Below are positions 61,842 through 63,377 of a DNA stretch of 63,377 bases, in pieces (the stretch's first letter is position 1; the number at the start of each line of letters is the position of its first letter). The notes under the pieces are model-generated. The model saw nothing but the letters and a program-made list of their open reading frames with translations, did not search any database and was not told where the DNA came from. The stretch is taken from contig CM119270.1 of the NCBI GenBank assembly GCA_051294375.1, positions 16,570,928 through 16,634,304 on the forward strand. The letters run 5' to 3'. The translations under genes were made by a program, and so were the position numbers. The stretch comes from Paraspadella gotoi (Eukaryota; Animalia; Chaetognatha).

Positions 61842-63377
61842 TAATAATAATAATCAGGAGCCTAAGTTAACAATTAAGCATGTTAGATTACTAGTGAAAA
61901 CCAAATAAGATATATTCACAATACAAGCATTTTAGTTTTACTCCGCTCCATTCAAATTATACAAACATGAGCGGAGTTCACTTCATCATCGTCGCTCACG
62001 ATTCTGACTTTCCTTTCACACTCGTATCTTCTCTCCATTTTTTCACCCCTATCATTCCTTCCTCTTCCTCCTCCTCCTCTACCTCCTCCTCTTCCTCCTC
62101 CTCTTCCTCCTCCGCTCGAATAAAAAAGAATAATAACTGCGCAAAGATGCCGACGGTTCCACCTGAAGGGGGGGGCGGCAGGTGGGGGGAGTGATGCCAC
62201 GCCCCCTTGAGATGAGGAGAGAGATGAGGAGGAGGGAGAGGGAGGAGGGGGGGAGGGTAAGGCGAGATGAAACGACGCGATGTAAAAAAAAAAGGGTGAG
62301 TCACATAATTTCGTAATTTTTTTTTTCTTTCGCTTCTTGAAGAAGATGAATATCTTTTCGGTTCAGAAGCGAAAAGGTAAAAAGTTGAGACGGAAAGAGA
62401 AGATAGAAGCTGAGAATCATAATCGTTATTTGATGTTTAAAACATTTAAACCTTTGAAAATTTAAACATTTAATCATTTAAACTGTCCACATATTTGAGT
62501 AGAAAAGTATGTTTTCTCTTTTATTATTCAGTTCAATCCGTCTTTTTTTTTTCTCGTCCAGTTTCTCGCTCGTCTAAAATAGAGACTAAACGAAAGAGAA
62601 GTTTGTATGGAGACGTAAAACGGAGAGAGAGAGAGAGAGAGAGAGGAGATGAGAGAGAAGAGAGAGGAGAGAGAAGAGAGAGAGAAAGGAAGGAGATGAG
62701 AGAGATGAGGAGTAGAAACTTTTTTTTCTTAAAACAACAAAAGAAATATATGCAGCAACGGAATATGCGCAACCAGAACGAAGATCCATCTCCGCCTCCG
62801 ACCCCACGTACCCCCCCCCCAAAAAAAAAACAGATGAAAAAAAAAATATGCAGCAACCGTGACGTGCCGCAACTAAAATATGCGGCGAAGGCAGAAATAT
62901 GCGGCAAACGTTAGCGGGGTAGATTTCCTTTCGGCAGCGACTTGAGCTTTTGGCAGCGGCGTAAGCGTCGAAGGCGGCAGAGCCGCAGCGTCAGCGACGG
63001 TCGCTGCGGCGCCTCCGAGAACCGCCGTATCAGCAGCGGCGGCCGCAGCGGCAACTTCGACCCTTTTCACGTCGAAGGAACTTCTTTCATGCAAAACATT
63101 CGACTCGTTTTTCCTCAGAGAATCACCTCATTTCCATCCTAAGACTTTGCAGCGAAGAAACGCCCCTTTCCCCTTACCCTATTCCCCTTATCCCCTTCAC
63201 CTTATCCCTATTTCCCTTACCCCATTACTCAATTACCCTTATCTCCTTATCCCCATTTCCCCTTATCCCTTCTCCATTTCCCCAATCCCCTTTCCCCTTT
63301 TCTCATTACCCTTATTTCCCCTTACCTCATTCCCCTTATAAGCTTTCCACTACTCCATTCCACTTATCCCCTTATCC

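Noticed and set aside
63160-63377. C-rich CCCTTA(T/C)-like repeats at the window end as a telomere
   Set aside because: Degenerate, C-rich on the strand where a right-hand telomere would be G-rich, and similar tracts occur internally (6570-6640, 27716-27740).

Overview
Fragmented eukaryotic (invertebrate animal) draft-genome scaffold, rich in (AG)n, (AAAG)n and (GAC)n microsatellites, with many N gaps and locally duplicated, noisy gap-fill sequence. Most ORFs in the supplied track are microsatellite or gap artefacts. Real coding content: (1) a three-exon Fezf/earmuff C2H2 zinc-finger transcription factor gene (25270-28565, +, about 940 aa, eh1 motif plus six fingers) in a gene-poor region; (2) two tandem, two-exon paralogous genes (57672-58518 and 59318-60291, +) that the ORF track does not show, encoding secreted prepro-peptides that end in a C-C-CC-C-C inhibitor-cystine-knot (knottin/conotoxin-like) domain. 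These are the most novel-looking system here. Also present: two foldback MITEs, a dispersed ~300-bp repeat family (5 copies), a probable ~3-kb hAT-like insertion whose empty site is also assembled nearby, SINE-like fragments and several minisatellites.
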